DNA from: an uncultured virus (IMG/VR IMGVR_UViG_3300005083_000004)
Lineage: Duplodnaviria; Heunggongvirae; Uroviricota; Caudoviricetes
Length of the DNA: 64,000 bases
Direction: 5' to 3' (one strand)
Virus record (IMG/VR): IMGVR_UViG_3300005083_000004
Shown: piece by piece, positions 29,563-40,210 of the stretch
How the letters are laid out: the number at the start of each line of letters is the position of its first letter
Position numbering within the stretch: position 1 is the first letter of the stretch
The notes under the pieces: model-generated
What the model saw: only the letters and a program-made list of their open reading frames with translations
What the model was told of the DNA's origin: nothing
The model's database searches: none
Program-made: the position numbers and the translations under genes

Positions 29563-31974
29563 ATGAAATTTACAGATGATAAAATGGAACATCTGAAAAC
29601 TGACATATCTAAAATTCGTGTACGACCTGCAATGTATATTAGTTTTATTGGTGATTTAGGAGTATTACATTGTTTAAAAGAAATTTTAAATAATGCTATC
29701 GATGAAGTCATCAATCCAAGATCTCCAGCAACATCTATATCAATTCAATATTATGAGAATGATGATAAAATTATTGTATCCGATGATGGTAGAGGAATGC
29801 CAGCTAAAGAATTGGATCAAATATTAACTCATTTGAATTATGGATCAAATATTAATGCCGACGACAAAAAAGATTTAAAGTTATCGGTATTGGGGACAAA
29901 TGGTGTTGGAACATTAGCATATACTGCATTAGCAAAACAATTAACTATTATAACATTTCGTAGCGGAAGTGTTGAAGGTAATGTATGTCGAAAATTAATT
30001 TATCAAGAAGGACAATTAATTGAAGATAGTGGAATTATACCGTGTAAGAAAGGTCAACATGGAACAATTATTGAATGGCAATGTAGTCAATTAGTATTAG
30101 GAAAGAATGCAAAGATTCCATTAGATAAATTCAAAGAGTGGTTAACTAATGTTCAATTTCAATTTGAAAAACAATTTAAAATCACTTTAGATTGTTATGA
30201 CTCTGATAATATAAAAACATCAATTGTGTATAAAACACAACCATTTATCAATATACTTACATTACGGAATAATAAAAAAGATATTGGTACCGATATTGTT
30301 TATTTCCAAAAAATAGGTGAATGTATTGAAAATAAACCAGATAAAAATTATAATCGTTATATGATTTATGATATAGCATTTGCATATATAAATTCAAATG
30401 TTACTCCTTACATTGATTCATTTTGTAATGGCAGTAATACAATTGATGGAGGATCCCATCTTGATATAGTTATAGAATGTATTAATCGATATTTTCAAAA
30501 TCGAGTAAAACAAGGATTATCAGACAAAGAAAAAGAAAAGTTGGATATTAAATGGGAAGATATCCAATTAGGTTTAACAATAGCCATTAATTTTAGATGT
30601 AATACAGGAGAATGGTTTACATCTCAAACAAAACATAAATTGTATATTCCAGAAAGTATTGTAAAATACATGAAGGATTTAGTAAATAATGGATTAGAAA
30701 AATATTTTAATGATAATCCAAATGTTTATAAACAAATGGCAGCTATTATCAAATTAAATTCAAAAGCACGTACTGAAGGTGAGAAAATAAAGAATTCTGT
30801 AATGAAAGAAAGAGTTCAAAAATGGGATCAATTCAGTATGAATAATTTTAAACCTTGTGCAAATAAAGGATTGAACTCATATAAAGAATTATTTATAGTT
30901 GAAGGAATTTCAGCACAAGGAACTATTGGTAAAGGAAATGATCCTCAATATCAAGCTATAATGTCAATTAGAGGTATGCCAAAAAATATTTATGGGTTAT
31001 CAGTAAATAAAATTTTGGAGAATAAAGAATTTCATGATTTAATTAAAATTATGGGATGTAATATAGGTGATAAATTCGATATAACAAAATTAAATTATAA
31101 TAAGATAATTATTGCAACAGACGCAGATGCAGATGGTTATCAAATTCGTAGTTTGTTGTGCTATTTCTTCTTTGTATTATTTCCTGAAATTATTAAACAA
31201 GGAAGATTATATGTTGCAGATCCCCCATTATATAAATTACAAGATAAAAATAATGAATTCATTACAAATAAAAAGAAGTATATTGAATTATGTTTTGATC
31301 GAATTAAACATAAATATGATATCGGTTTAAATGGTGATATGAATCCATCAGATCAATTAAGAAAATTCTTTGATGATACAAGAAATTATTTGACTGAATT
31401 AAATAATATGAGCAAATATCGAAAAATTCCATCTGAAGTATTAGAAGATATATGGTTTTATATTGCTGAAAATTGCAATAAATCAGATGATAATATTAAT
31501 ATTAACTTAACTGAAAAATATCCTGAAATTGTTTATGATCGGATAACAAAAGTATTATCAGGTGTTGTAAATTATAATTATATTAGAATCATATTGGATA
31601 AACGGACAATTGATTCATTTTGGAATAATATTATATTATTAAAAAAATATGGTTCAATGATTTATTTAATTGATAAACAATCAAGAGAAAATAAAGTTGT
31701 TCGGATTAGTCAAGTTCTAGAAGCTTTTGCGAATTGTTATATTAAAATACTGCATCGATATAAAGGATTAGGTGAATCAGCTGAATCGACATTATGGGAG
31801 ACTAGTTTGAATCCGTTAACACGAACATTGATCAAAGTCGACTATAATGATATAAATGAAACTATATCATTATTTCATTTATGCCACGGAAAAGGTGAAA
31901 TTAATATAAAATCTAGAACTGAATTGTGGTTCAATAGTGGTAGAATAATAGATCCTGATTTAATTGATAATTAA
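29563..31974 (+). CDS. gyrB: Type IIA topoisomerase/gyrase B subunit
   Basis: IRVRPAMYI, EILNNAIDE, DDGRGMP, GTNGVG, VEGISA, TDADADG, RYKGLGE. Confidence 0.95.
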   Translation: MKFTDDKMEHLKTDISKIRVRPAMYISFIGDLGVLHCLKEILNNAIDEVINPRSPATSISIQYYENDDKIIVSDDGRGMPAKELDQILTHLNYGSNINADDKKDLKLSVLGTNGVGTLAYTALAKQLTIITFRSGSVEGNVCRKLIYQEGQLIEDSGIIPCKKGQHGTIIEWQCSQLVLGKNAKIPLDKFKEWLTNVQFQFEKQFKITLDCYDSDNIKTSIVYKTQPFINILTLRNNKKDIGTDIVYFQKIGECIENKPDKNYNRYMIYDIAFAYINSNVTPYIDSFCNGSNTIDGGSHLDIVIECINRYFQNRVKQGLSDKEKEKLDIKWEDIQLGLTIAINFRCNTGEWFTSQTKHKLYIPESIVKYMKDLVNNGLEKYFNDNPNVYKQMAAIIKLNSKARTEGEKIKNSVMKERVQKWDQFSMNNFKPCANKGLNSYKELFIVEGISAQGTIGKGNDPQYQAIMSIRGMPKNIYGLSVNKILENKEFHDLIKIMGCNIGDKFDITKLNYNKIIIATDADADGYQIRSLLCYFFFVLFPEIIKQGRLYVADPPLYKLQDKNNEFITNKKKYIELCFDRIKHKYDIGLNGDMNPSDQLRKFFDDTRNYLTELNNMSKYRKIPSEVLEDIWFYIAENCNKSDDNININLTEKYPEIVYDRITKVLSGVVNYNYIRIILDKRTIDSFWNNIILLKKYGSMIYLIDKQSRENKVVRISQVLEAFANCYIKILHRYKGLGESAESTLWETSLNPLTRTLIKVDYNDINETISLFHLCHGKGEINIKSRTELWFNSGRIIDPDLIDN

Positions 31975-32032
31975 TATATTATTTTATATTAAATGACATA
32001 TATAATTAAAATGTTAATGGAGTATTTAAAAA

Positions 32033-32347
32033 ATGAAAAAATTAATGAATTGCCCAATATGTCGTTCAGTACAAATTAAAATTGATCGTAAGAGAATTAT
32101 ATGTCATAATTGTAGAAATTATTTGTATTTAACTAAAATAGAGAAAATTAAAATCGATTATAATAAATACAATAGTCGATTTTATTATAAGTATTATTTT
32201 AAATATTTAAAAGAGGATGATAGTTGTCAGTCAAATTGTAATGATATTTGTCTGTCAGATTGTGATGAAGTGTGTGCAAAATATGATACATTACTTAATA
32301 ATTTAAAGCATTTTAAAGGAGTAGAATATAATGAAGATAACGTATAA
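32033..32347 (+). CDS. Cys-rich Zn-ribbon protein
   Basis: CPIC..CHNC plus C-terminal Cys cluster. Confidence 0.55.
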   Translation: MKKLMNCPICRSVQIKIDRKRIICHNCRNYLYLTKIEKIKIDYNKYNSRFYYKYYFKYLKEDDSCQSNCNDICLSDCDEVCAKYDTLLNNLKHFKGVEYNEDNV

Positions 32348-33056
32348 ATATAAACAAAATCTCTGTGACAAGATTACAGATAATCCGCTATTCAATAATA
32401 TTTTTAATAGTTATTGGGAAATTGATGTGGGTAATTGTTTGAGTTCAGATTTGATAGTTCTTCGAGAATTTTTAAAACTCAACATATCTGTTAGTCCTCA
32501 AAGTAATAAAAAATACGATATTAATATAATATCAATTGACAATCCAAATATAGATTTTGATACTATTGTAAATCAGATTGAGAATATAGATACTATTTTT
32601 GCAGATTTATATGATAATACATCACATAATGCTTTATTAATTAAAAATGATAAATTAAAAATAGATAGTGAAAATTACTTAATAGGATTTGATATAACAA
32701 TTCATTGTGATGATCTTAAATCAGATCATAAATTTATATTAATATTTAATGATAGTAATTATATTGAAACTATTATGAAAATAAGATCATTAACAAATAT
32801 AACAAAAATACTTGTTTCACGAATTATATATTCCCCAATAAATCCGGAAAGTTTTATATATGTACCAAATATAATCGGACATTTACATTTTATTGATAAA
32901 GAACAGAATTGTTGTTGGGTAATTATAAAAAGATGGTGTTTCACCTTCGTAGATAAATCATTAGATTCAATATTAAATACACCTCAATCAGATAATGATG
33001 ATATATATGAATTAATATTGAAAGATATTTTTCAGAAAGATGAAGAATCGGAATAA
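32331..33056 (+). CDS. Hypothetical protein
   Basis: AAGGAG SD, 241 aa. Confidence 0.6.
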   Translation: MKITYKYKQNLCDKITDNPLFNNIFNSYWEIDVGNCLSSDLIVLREFLKLNISVSPQSNKKYDINIISIDNPNIDFDTIVNQIENIDTIFADLYDNTSHNALLIKNDKLKIDSENYLIGFDITIHCDDLKSDHKFILIFNDSNYIETIMKIRSLTNITKILVSRIIYSPINPESFIYVPNIIGHLHFIDKEQNCCWVIIKRWCFTFVDKSLDSILNTPQSDNDDIYELILKDIFQKDEESE

Positions 33057-33148
33057 TATAAAAAACAATGAAGGTTATTACCTTCATTATTTTTTTATAG
33101 TTATATATTTTATTATTGAAAATTAATTCTAATATGGAGAAATAAAAT

Positions 33149-34513
33149 ATGAGAAATATTAATTCATTGCCGTATATCATACATAATGACTGTATGTTAT
33201 TCGATGTTAGATATATGAAGTATAATACTGAACCTAAATATCCAGAACATTTTGAAGTAATTTATAGAGATTTAGTAACTAAAGAAAAATATTTAGAAAT
33301 ATGGGAAAATCCATTAATACCTATTTATTTCACTAAACCGGAATTTCGAAATTATCAATATAATAAATATGGTGAAAGTTTGGATAAACTTTATAAAGTA
33401 TTAGTTAAACCATCTGAAGTATTAAAGACTATTGCATTGGATAAAGGAGACAGTGCAGTTAAGTTCTATAATGATTGTATAAGAAATAAAAATTTTCAAT
33501 TAGCAAATGAGTTATTTAGATATCAATATTCTTATTTTGCTGATTTTCCACCAGATTTTTATTATAGAATATGGTGGAAATTAAATACGATAAATCGTTA
33601 TACACCATATACACATAATGCATTTTCTGATATTGAGGTTGACACTCTTGATAGTGAATTTAGTTCAGTTGATCAAGTTGTTAAATATGCTGAATGTCCA
33701 ATTAATATCATTACATTAATTGATGAAATAACAAAAGATTCTCATTCATTTTGTTTAATACCAACTGGAAGAGATGATAAATTTCATAAACAACAACAAA
33801 AAGATTATTTTAATTTAATTGATCATTTAGATGAATTTAAAAAAGAATTGACAGATGAATTTAAGATATATGGTGATTTTAAATTTCATTTTCATTGGTA
33901 TAATGAAGAAGATGAATTAAAAATGATCATTGATTATTTTAAATTAATTAATAAAATCAAATTTGATTTTGTTGTATTTTGGAATATGTCATTTGATATA
34001 CCTTATATGTTAAATCGAATTAAAGTTCTCGGTGGATATCCAGAAGATATTGTTTGTCATAATGATTTTCCTGTAAAAAAATATTTTTATAAATATGATT
34101 CAAATAATTTTGTACCACAATTAAAGAAAGATTTTTTCAGTTGTAATAGTTATACACAGTATTATTGTCAGATGTTATTATATGCCAAAATCCGTAAAGC
34201 TCAAATTAAACGTGGATATTCATTGAATGCTATTGCGAGCGATGAATTAGGTGATAAAAAACTATCATATTCTGATGAAGGATATACTATTGAAAATTTA
34301 GCATATTTAAATTATAAAAAATTCATTAAATATAATATTAAAGATGTCATTCTTCAACTTGGTATAAATGCTACAACAGATGATTTAAATTATTTTTGGT
34401 TGACATCTGATATGAATTTGACTTGTTTAGAAAAAATGTTTAGTAATACAACATTTGTCCGTCATTATACTGCATTTACATTCGCACAACAAGAAAAAGA
34501 TTTTATTATATAA
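33149..34513 (+). CDS. polB: Family B DNA polymerase N-terminal 3'-5' exonuclease subunit, lacking motif A
   Basis: ExoI SDIEVD, ExoII FWNMSFDIPYM, YSLNAIA..ELG, ExoIII YNIKDV. Confidence 0.88.
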   Translation: MRNINSLPYIIHNDCMLFDVRYMKYNTEPKYPEHFEVIYRDLVTKEKYLEIWENPLIPIYFTKPEFRNYQYNKYGESLDKLYKVLVKPSEVLKTIALDKGDSAVKFYNDCIRNKNFQLANELFRYQYSYFADFPPDFYYRIWWKLNTINRYTPYTHNAFSDIEVDTLDSEFSSVDQVVKYAECPINIITLIDEITKDSHSFCLIPTGRDDKFHKQQQKDYFNLIDHLDEFKKELTDEFKIYGDFKFHFHWYNEEDELKMIIDYFKLINKIKFDFVVFWNMSFDIPYMLNRIKVLGGYPEDIVCHNDFPVKKYFYKYDSNNFVPQLKKDFFSCNSYTQYYCQMLLYAKIRKAQIKRGYSLNAIASDELGDKKLSYSDEGYTIENLAYLNYKKFIKYNIKDVILQLGINATTDDLNYFWLTSDMNLTCLEKMFSNTTFVRHYTAFTFAQQEKDFII

Positions 34514-34528
34514 ATAGGAGAAAAAATA

Positions 34529-34690
34529 ATGAAACCTTCAATAATTGTTCAACCGGTTGATAATGATTCATCTAATCAATCGGTTAAAAATATAACACCT
34601 TTATCAAATTCAAGTAAAGTCAAGACCCATCGATCATGTCGAATATTTAAGATAGTAAATGATTATATGATTAAAAAGGAGAAAAAATGA
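34529..34690 (+). CDS. Small 53-aa ORF between polymerase and helicase
   Basis: AGGAG SD; MKPSIIVQPVDND...KKEKK; stop overlaps helicase start. Confidence 0.4.
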   Translation: MKPSIIVQPVDNDSSNQSVKNITPLSNSSKVKTHRSCRIFKIVNDYMIKKEKK

Positions 34691-36117
34691 TAAAAATTTA
34701 TAATACACATATTGAGATCTGCCCATATAAAATGGGTGATCTTCCTTTATTAGAAGATAAATTATCGACAATCGATCAAATATCAGGTTTAATGATTCCT
34801 TGGGCATATACATTATATAAAGATATTTTATATATTCCTAAAGGAATTAATATTGAATCATATAATAAAAATGATAAAGTTGAATTTGTCAATTCATCGG
34901 ATGAATATAAGACTTTTAAACCTATTGAAAGTAAATTACTCCCTAGAGATGATGCACAAAAACAGGCAATACAATTTATTATTTATGGACGTAATACCCA
35001 AATAGGAGTTTTAGCATTACCAGGATTTGGTAAGACATTTGTCACAATTTACGCTATTTCGAAATTAGGTATTAGAAGTTTAATTATAACTCCAAATGAT
35101 AATATAAAATTGCAATGGATCAAAACATTATTAACAAATTTTTATTATGAAGAAGAAGATATTATTGATATAAAAGGTTCTTATATTTTAAAGAAAATTT
35201 ATAATAATGAAATAACAGGAAAAATATATGTTTGTAATCATCAAACACTGAATTCATATTTTCGTGATACTTCACCTGAAACATTTGCAGAATTAATTCG
35301 AAAAATGAAAATTGGAATTAAAGTTATCGATGAAGCACATATTCAATTTAAGAATACATTATTTATTGATTTCTTTACTAATACTTATAAAACAATATAT
35401 CTCACAGCAACATTTGATCGATCAGATAAAATTGAAAGTAGAATATTTAAATTGGTAATGTCAAAAGTTTCAACATATGAAAATCATGATAAAAGTATTT
35501 TATCTAATTCAAAACATATGCAATATTATCCGATAATGTATCAATCTGGTGCAACGGTAAAAGATTCATATCAGTTTAGAAGTAGAGCGGGATATGGTAT
35601 TGATATAATTAGATATAGCAAATGGTTATTTAAACAAGATATAATATATCAATTGATATATTCAATTATAGATAAATTAATTCAACAAGATGGACGAGTA
35701 TTAATAACTGTTTCAATTATCGATCTAGCAATATTATTAAAAGAATTATTATGTAAAAGATATTATGATAAAATTGTTGGTGATGTTCATTCAAGAAATA
35801 GTAAATCAGATAATGATTTTGCATTTGAAAATGCGGATATAATTGTTACAACGATTAAATCATGTGGCACAGGTAAAGATATTAAGAATTTACGATTTTT
35901 AATTGGAGTTGAACCTTATGCGAGTAAAGTGATAGCAGAACAATTTAGTGGAAGATTAAGACCTTATTTCAATAACGATGGTAAACAATTGGATACGATG
36001 TATTTTGATTTAGTAGATACATCAGTGTTGATTCTTCACAATTATTATCGTGCAAGAAGTAAGATACTAATTCCAAAATCAAAAAAATATACAATAATAA
36101 ATTGGAACAATTTATAA
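34687..36117 (+). CDS. Superfamily 2 (UvsW-like) DNA helicase
   Basis: PGFGKT, DEAH, LTAT, GTGKDI, QFSGRLR. Confidence 0.9.
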   Translation: MIKIYNTHIEICPYKMGDLPLLEDKLSTIDQISGLMIPWAYTLYKDILYIPKGINIESYNKNDKVEFVNSSDEYKTFKPIESKLLPRDDAQKQAIQFIIYGRNTQIGVLALPGFGKTFVTIYAISKLGIRSLIITPNDNIKLQWIKTLLTNFYYEEEDIIDIKGSYILKKIYNNEITGKIYVCNHQTLNSYFRDTSPETFAELIRKMKIGIKVIDEAHIQFKNTLFIDFFTNTYKTIYLTATFDRSDKIESRIFKLVMSKVSTYENHDKSILSNSKHMQYYPIMYQSGATVKDSYQFRSRAGYGIDIIRYSKWLFKQDIIYQLIYSIIDKLIQQDGRVLITVSIIDLAILLKELLCKRYYDKIVGDVHSRNSKSDNDFAFENADIIVTTIKSCGTGKDIKNLRFLIGVEPYASKVIAEQFSGRLRPYFNNDGKQLDTMYFDLVDTSVLILHNYYRARSKILIPKSKKYTIINWNNL

Positions 36118-36221
36118 ATTATTATTATAATCTAAAATATATTATATTTGATGAAATAATATATTCTAATAATAATCAATTATATATTATTTTAGTAATA
36201 AATAAAAAAAGGAGATTGACC

Positions 36222-36869
36222 ATGTTAGTAGTTAATTATTCTGATATTCGTAAAGTTCAAGATGTTCCAGATTGCATTATAATCAAAGGAATCGAAGAAT
36301 CATGCGAATTAATTGAAGCATTATGCAAGTATACAACCAATGTTACATTTTGGAATTCTGTGAGACCTAGTTATAGAAAATTTTTCAATATTGTTGAGGA
36401 ATTAAATGATGTATTATTTTGTGTATCGGAAATAAGCAATTTTAACATATTTAATATTTTAGATGATCGAAATCAATATAATAAATCATCATTAGATACT
36501 ATTCATAAATTAAATGAATTAATAGATCAAATTCAAAAAAGAGATATAAAATTTGATACTGTTAATGATATATTAAATTATATTTGGACATCAATAATAT
36601 CATTATCTAATGTATATGAAAAATTCTTTATTGATATCTTATATAAATATAAAAATAATAGGAAATCTAGATATGAATTATTGTACAAAATATATTTACA
36701 AGGAAAAGATTTATCTGATGATGATAAAAAAATAATTTTTCAAAAAGTTAAAATAATTAAAAAGACAAAAGATTTGATACCAGATGAATATAGAATCAAA
36801 CTCAACAAGGAACAAAAATTAATTATGTATAATGAACAAATAACTCAACGTAAAGGAGATAAAAAATGA
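36222..36869 (+). CDS. Hypothetical protein (ORF track start 36102)
   Basis: AAGGAG SD before MLVVNYSD. Confidence 0.55.
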   Translation: MLVVNYSDIRKVQDVPDCIIIKGIEESCELIEALCKYTTNVTFWNSVRPSYRKFFNIVEELNDVLFCVSEISNFNIFNILDDRNQYNKSSLDTIHKLNELIDQIQKRDIKFDTVNDILNYIWTSIISLSNVYEKFFIDILYKYKNNRKSRYELLYKIYLQGKDLSDDDKKIIFQKVKIIKKTKDLIPDEYRIKLNKEQKLIMYNEQITQRKGDKK

Positions 36870-37642
36870 CTGAAAATCAAGTATATTATAATGTAGCTCA
36901 ACATGTATTAAATCGAATGATTGAATATTCAAATTCTAGTATAAAAATCGATTCCGAATATCGGAATCGATTTTCAAACATGTTTACTCATTTTATGCGT
37001 CCGGTAACATCAATGATAGCAACTTTAGAGAAAAATAGACAAGAAGATCATAGTCAAGATATCCAATGGAAGTTAAATTATTTACCAGATAAAGGATTTG
37101 TTCCAGGATATTATAAAGGAACATATAAATATTTTGCATCAGGGACAACATATAATATTGCAGCAAGTAAAATTCTTAGTGTTTCAGACATGAAAGTTGG
37201 TGATAATGCATTAATTTATTATAATGATGGAACACGTCAAGATAGTGATTTAGGATATTACTATGGGAATTATGATGGGGATAATTGGAATTGGCTTCCA
37301 GTCATTCCATTTGTAAATGATTTAGATTTCTGGTATATTATAAGAAATTTAGATTATGATATGATAAATGATTATCCATCATTTGTTGTTAATCATAGTT
37401 CAGAATTTGTAGAAATAAGTGGTAATGCGGTGGTTAAAAATAATGCTAAAATATCTGATGTTGCTAAAATATATGATAATGCCGTAATTCAAGATAATGC
37501 TATTGTTCATAAATATGGTAAAGTATTTGAAAATGCTATAATTAAAGATAATGCTGAAGTGACCGATTATGGACAAGTGTATGGTGATGCTATAGTTGGA
37601 GGAACAACTATAGTTAATGATTATGATATCATAAACATATAA
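36866..37642 (+). CDS. Fibre-module domain fused to hexapeptide-repeat left-handed beta-helix
   Basis: C-terminal (I/V)xxNA(I/K) repeats; middle segment resembles the modules of the 49370 protein. Confidence 0.65.
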   Translation: MTENQVYYNVAQHVLNRMIEYSNSSIKIDSEYRNRFSNMFTHFMRPVTSMIATLEKNRQEDHSQDIQWKLNYLPDKGFVPGYYKGTYKYFASGTTYNIAASKILSVSDMKVGDNALIYYNDGTRQDSDLGYYYGNYDGDNWNWLPVIPFVNDLDFWYIIRNLDYDMINDYPSFVVNHSSEFVEISGNAVVKNNAKISDVAKIYDNAVIQDNAIVHKYGKVFENAIIKDNAEVTDYGQVYGDAIVGGTTIVNDYDIINI

Positions 37643-37664
37643 TATCATAAGAAGGAGAATTATA

Positions 37665-39017
37665 ATGTCAAATTATAAATTGGATTTAATAGACTATATA
37701 ACGATGCCAACTACAGGTCAAATAGTATATCGAATAATTTGTATAAATGAATTTTATAATAATGGAAATAGAATTCATTTAGATGACAAAGGAGGATATG
37801 CATACAATGATACATGTTTACATGATAATACTTGGTGTTATGATGAATCAATTGTTGCAGGAAATTCTGAATTATATGATGAATCATATATTCAAGACAA
37901 TGTAATATTATTCAATACCAAATTGCATGATGATTCATATATTATAGATAATGCAATTATAAATAATTGTAATATTTATGACAAAACGGTTATTATGAAT
38001 AATACAAATATTGTTTGTAATAATGGATATATTAAAGGATCGATAGAAATCAATTTAGATGATGATAGTGGATTTGAACCATTTAATTTATCATTGATAG
38101 GTGAAATTAAAATAATGGGAAATGTCATGATGGAAGGTAATATAACAATTCAAGGAAAAAATATATCAATAACTGATAATGTTGAATTAAATAATGTAAC
38201 AATAACAAATCCAATAGATAATACATTTTTAATTGTATCAATATCTAATAATGCGATATTGGAAAATGTGCAAATAAATGGTAATATAATGATCGAAGAA
38301 GAATCTGTCATACGGGATTCAGTATTAAATGGACCAACTCAAAGTGGAAAAAATTTAGTATTACTAAATCAATGTATTATTATCAATAATTCAACAATTA
38401 ATGGGACATCTGAAATTTCTGGAAATTCTATTATCAAAAATGGAGCTATAATATCAAATGCTATTGTTTTTGGTGATGCAATTGTAGATGGTTCATGTAA
38501 AATATCAAATAATGTTAAAATATATGATTATGCGACTATTCAAGATAATGTAATTATTGAAGGGAATCATATTGGACATGTAGAATTCTTTTATGTTGCC
38601 GATAAAGAAATTGAGATGGAGGATAAATATGCAAGACAACATCTCAGATTATTAGCTCCTAAATATGAATGGAATAACACTAGACAAGAAATATTAGATA
38701 AACTTGAAACATATATTCGAGAGATCATTGAGAAAAATCAACCAGATTATAGATTATTGAAATACAAACATAGTGATCACAGTATATTTGATTTAATATA
38801 CGTAATATTATGTAATATTGATAATGTTGATGTAATATTGAATGATATTAATATAAATCGAAATGGAATAGAACGAACATATCAAATGATTCGTAAGTTA
38901 ATAGATAATTATACAAAGACAATTACAAAATACTTTAATAATCCACCTCATGAATTTATGACAAAATTATCCACAGATAGAGGAGTAATAAATAATGGGG
39001 GAGTAGGTGAGAAATGA
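37665..39017 (+). CDS. Hexapeptide-repeat (left-handed beta-helix) protein
   Basis: YRI.C...DKGGY....W.YD N-cap followed by long I..N..I repeats. Confidence 0.7.
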   Translation: MSNYKLDLIDYITMPTTGQIVYRIICINEFYNNGNRIHLDDKGGYAYNDTCLHDNTWCYDESIVAGNSELYDESYIQDNVILFNTKLHDDSYIIDNAIINNCNIYDKTVIMNNTNIVCNNGYIKGSIEINLDDDSGFEPFNLSLIGEIKIMGNVMMEGNITIQGKNISITDNVELNNVTITNPIDNTFLIVSISNNAILENVQINGNIMIEEESVIRDSVLNGPTQSGKNLVLLNQCIIINNSTINGTSEISGNSIIKNGAIISNAIVFGDAIVDGSCKISNNVKIYDYATIQDNVIIEGNHIGHVEFFYVADKEIEMEDKYARQHLRLLAPKYEWNNTRQEILDKLETYIREIIEKNQPDYRLLKYKHSDHSIFDLIYVILCNIDNVDVILNDININRNGIERTYQMIRKLIDNYTKTITKYFNNPPHEFMTKLSTDRGVINNGGVGEK

Positions 39018-40165
39018 TTATCGGGAATATAATTACGACTGAATTAAAATCAATTGCTACATCATCAATATCATCAATTATTAAAAGATTATATAATCAA
39101 ATATTGTCTAGTTGTAATACAATAAAAAAATATGTATTAATATCTTCACCACTATCTCATATGATAATTTATAATATAACTAAAAATTATAATGATATAT
39201 CAAGTTATAGTAAAGAATATTACGATAGTATTTCAGATAATATATATAAAATGATTCCATATAAATTATATCGATATAAAAAAGGATCATTATTTTGTGA
39301 AATAACAACAAAACAAAGAAATTCGTTTTATTCATATGATCAACTTGAAGTATCGATTCCTGACGTGATATTTGATGATTTTAATAATGATTTTATCAAA
39401 TATTCACAATCAAATATATTCAATGGTATATCAGTAAATGTCAAAACATATGATGATTATGATAATTTAATTCTAACAGAAAAGGTTATTGATTTTCAAC
39501 CTAAAGTATATTTAACAAAGATAATACAAGATCAATTTGATTTATATCTAAATAAATATATAAATAAACCATATCGATTAAATATCCTATTATATGGACC
39601 TGCCGGAACAGGAAAATCGTCCATTGTAAAGTATATATCAACAAGGTTAAATAAACCAATTGATACATTCGGCAATATACCGGCATCATTAATAATAAAA
39701 AGTATGTACAATATGTCCAATAATAATATAATGGTGCTGGAAGATTGTGATACATTTCCCATTTTGTTTCAACGTCATCTTAAATTATCAACTATGGTAA
39801 ATAATAATGTTGATGAGAAATTGATAGAAAATCAAACAGAGAATCCGTATTTTCCAGCGATGTTGAATATATTAGATGGAGTTTCTTCAAATAATAAAAT
39901 AATAATATTAACAACGAATGACATATCTAATTTTGATCCTGCTATTATAAGAAATGGAAGAATACATTTAAAATTATCAATTGACTATTTGAATGATCAA
40001 CAATTTAATGATATTATCAAAGATTATTATCCTGACGCTCCATATATTGGTAAATATCAAATAATAAATAATATATCATTAGGTGATGTTATGAACTATA
40101 TTGATTTTGATTTTGATAAATCATATGATAAATTTTTAAATAAGTTTGCTAAAAAATTTAAATAA
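39014..40165 (+). CDS. AAA+ ATPase (BCS1-like)
   Basis: LLYGPAGTGKSS, LEDCD, LNILDG, TTN, DPAIIRNGRI. Confidence 0.85.
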   Translation: MIIGNIITTELKSIATSSISSIIKRLYNQILSSCNTIKKYVLISSPLSHMIIYNITKNYNDISSYSKEYYDSISDNIYKMIPYKLYRYKKGSLFCEITTKQRNSFYSYDQLEVSIPDVIFDDFNNDFIKYSQSNIFNGISVNVKTYDDYDNLILTEKVIDFQPKVYLTKIIQDQFDLYLNKYINKPYRLNILLYGPAGTGKSSIVKYISTRLNKPIDTFGNIPASLIIKSMYNMSNNNIMVLEDCDTFPILFQRHLKLSTMVNNNVDEKLIENQTENPYFPAMLNILDGVSSNNKIIILTTNDISNFDPAIIRNGRIHLKLSIDYLNDQQFNDIIKDYYPDAPYIGKYQIINNISLGDVMNYIDFDFDKSYDKFLNKFAKKFK

Positions 40166-40197
40166 ATAAAAACTGGGGAAATTTCCCCAGTTTTTAT
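40166..40197. terminator. Bidirectional terminator
   Basis: ataaaaactggggaaa|tttccccagtttttat. Confidence 0.8.
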
Positions 40198-40210
40198 ATA
40201 TAATAAATAA

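Noticed and set aside
4570..34513. Split intein or trans-splicing intron joining the polymerase pieces
   Set aside because: No Cys/Ser-initiated N-intein or HN-C/S C-intein; flanks are short and occupied by SD and promoter motifs
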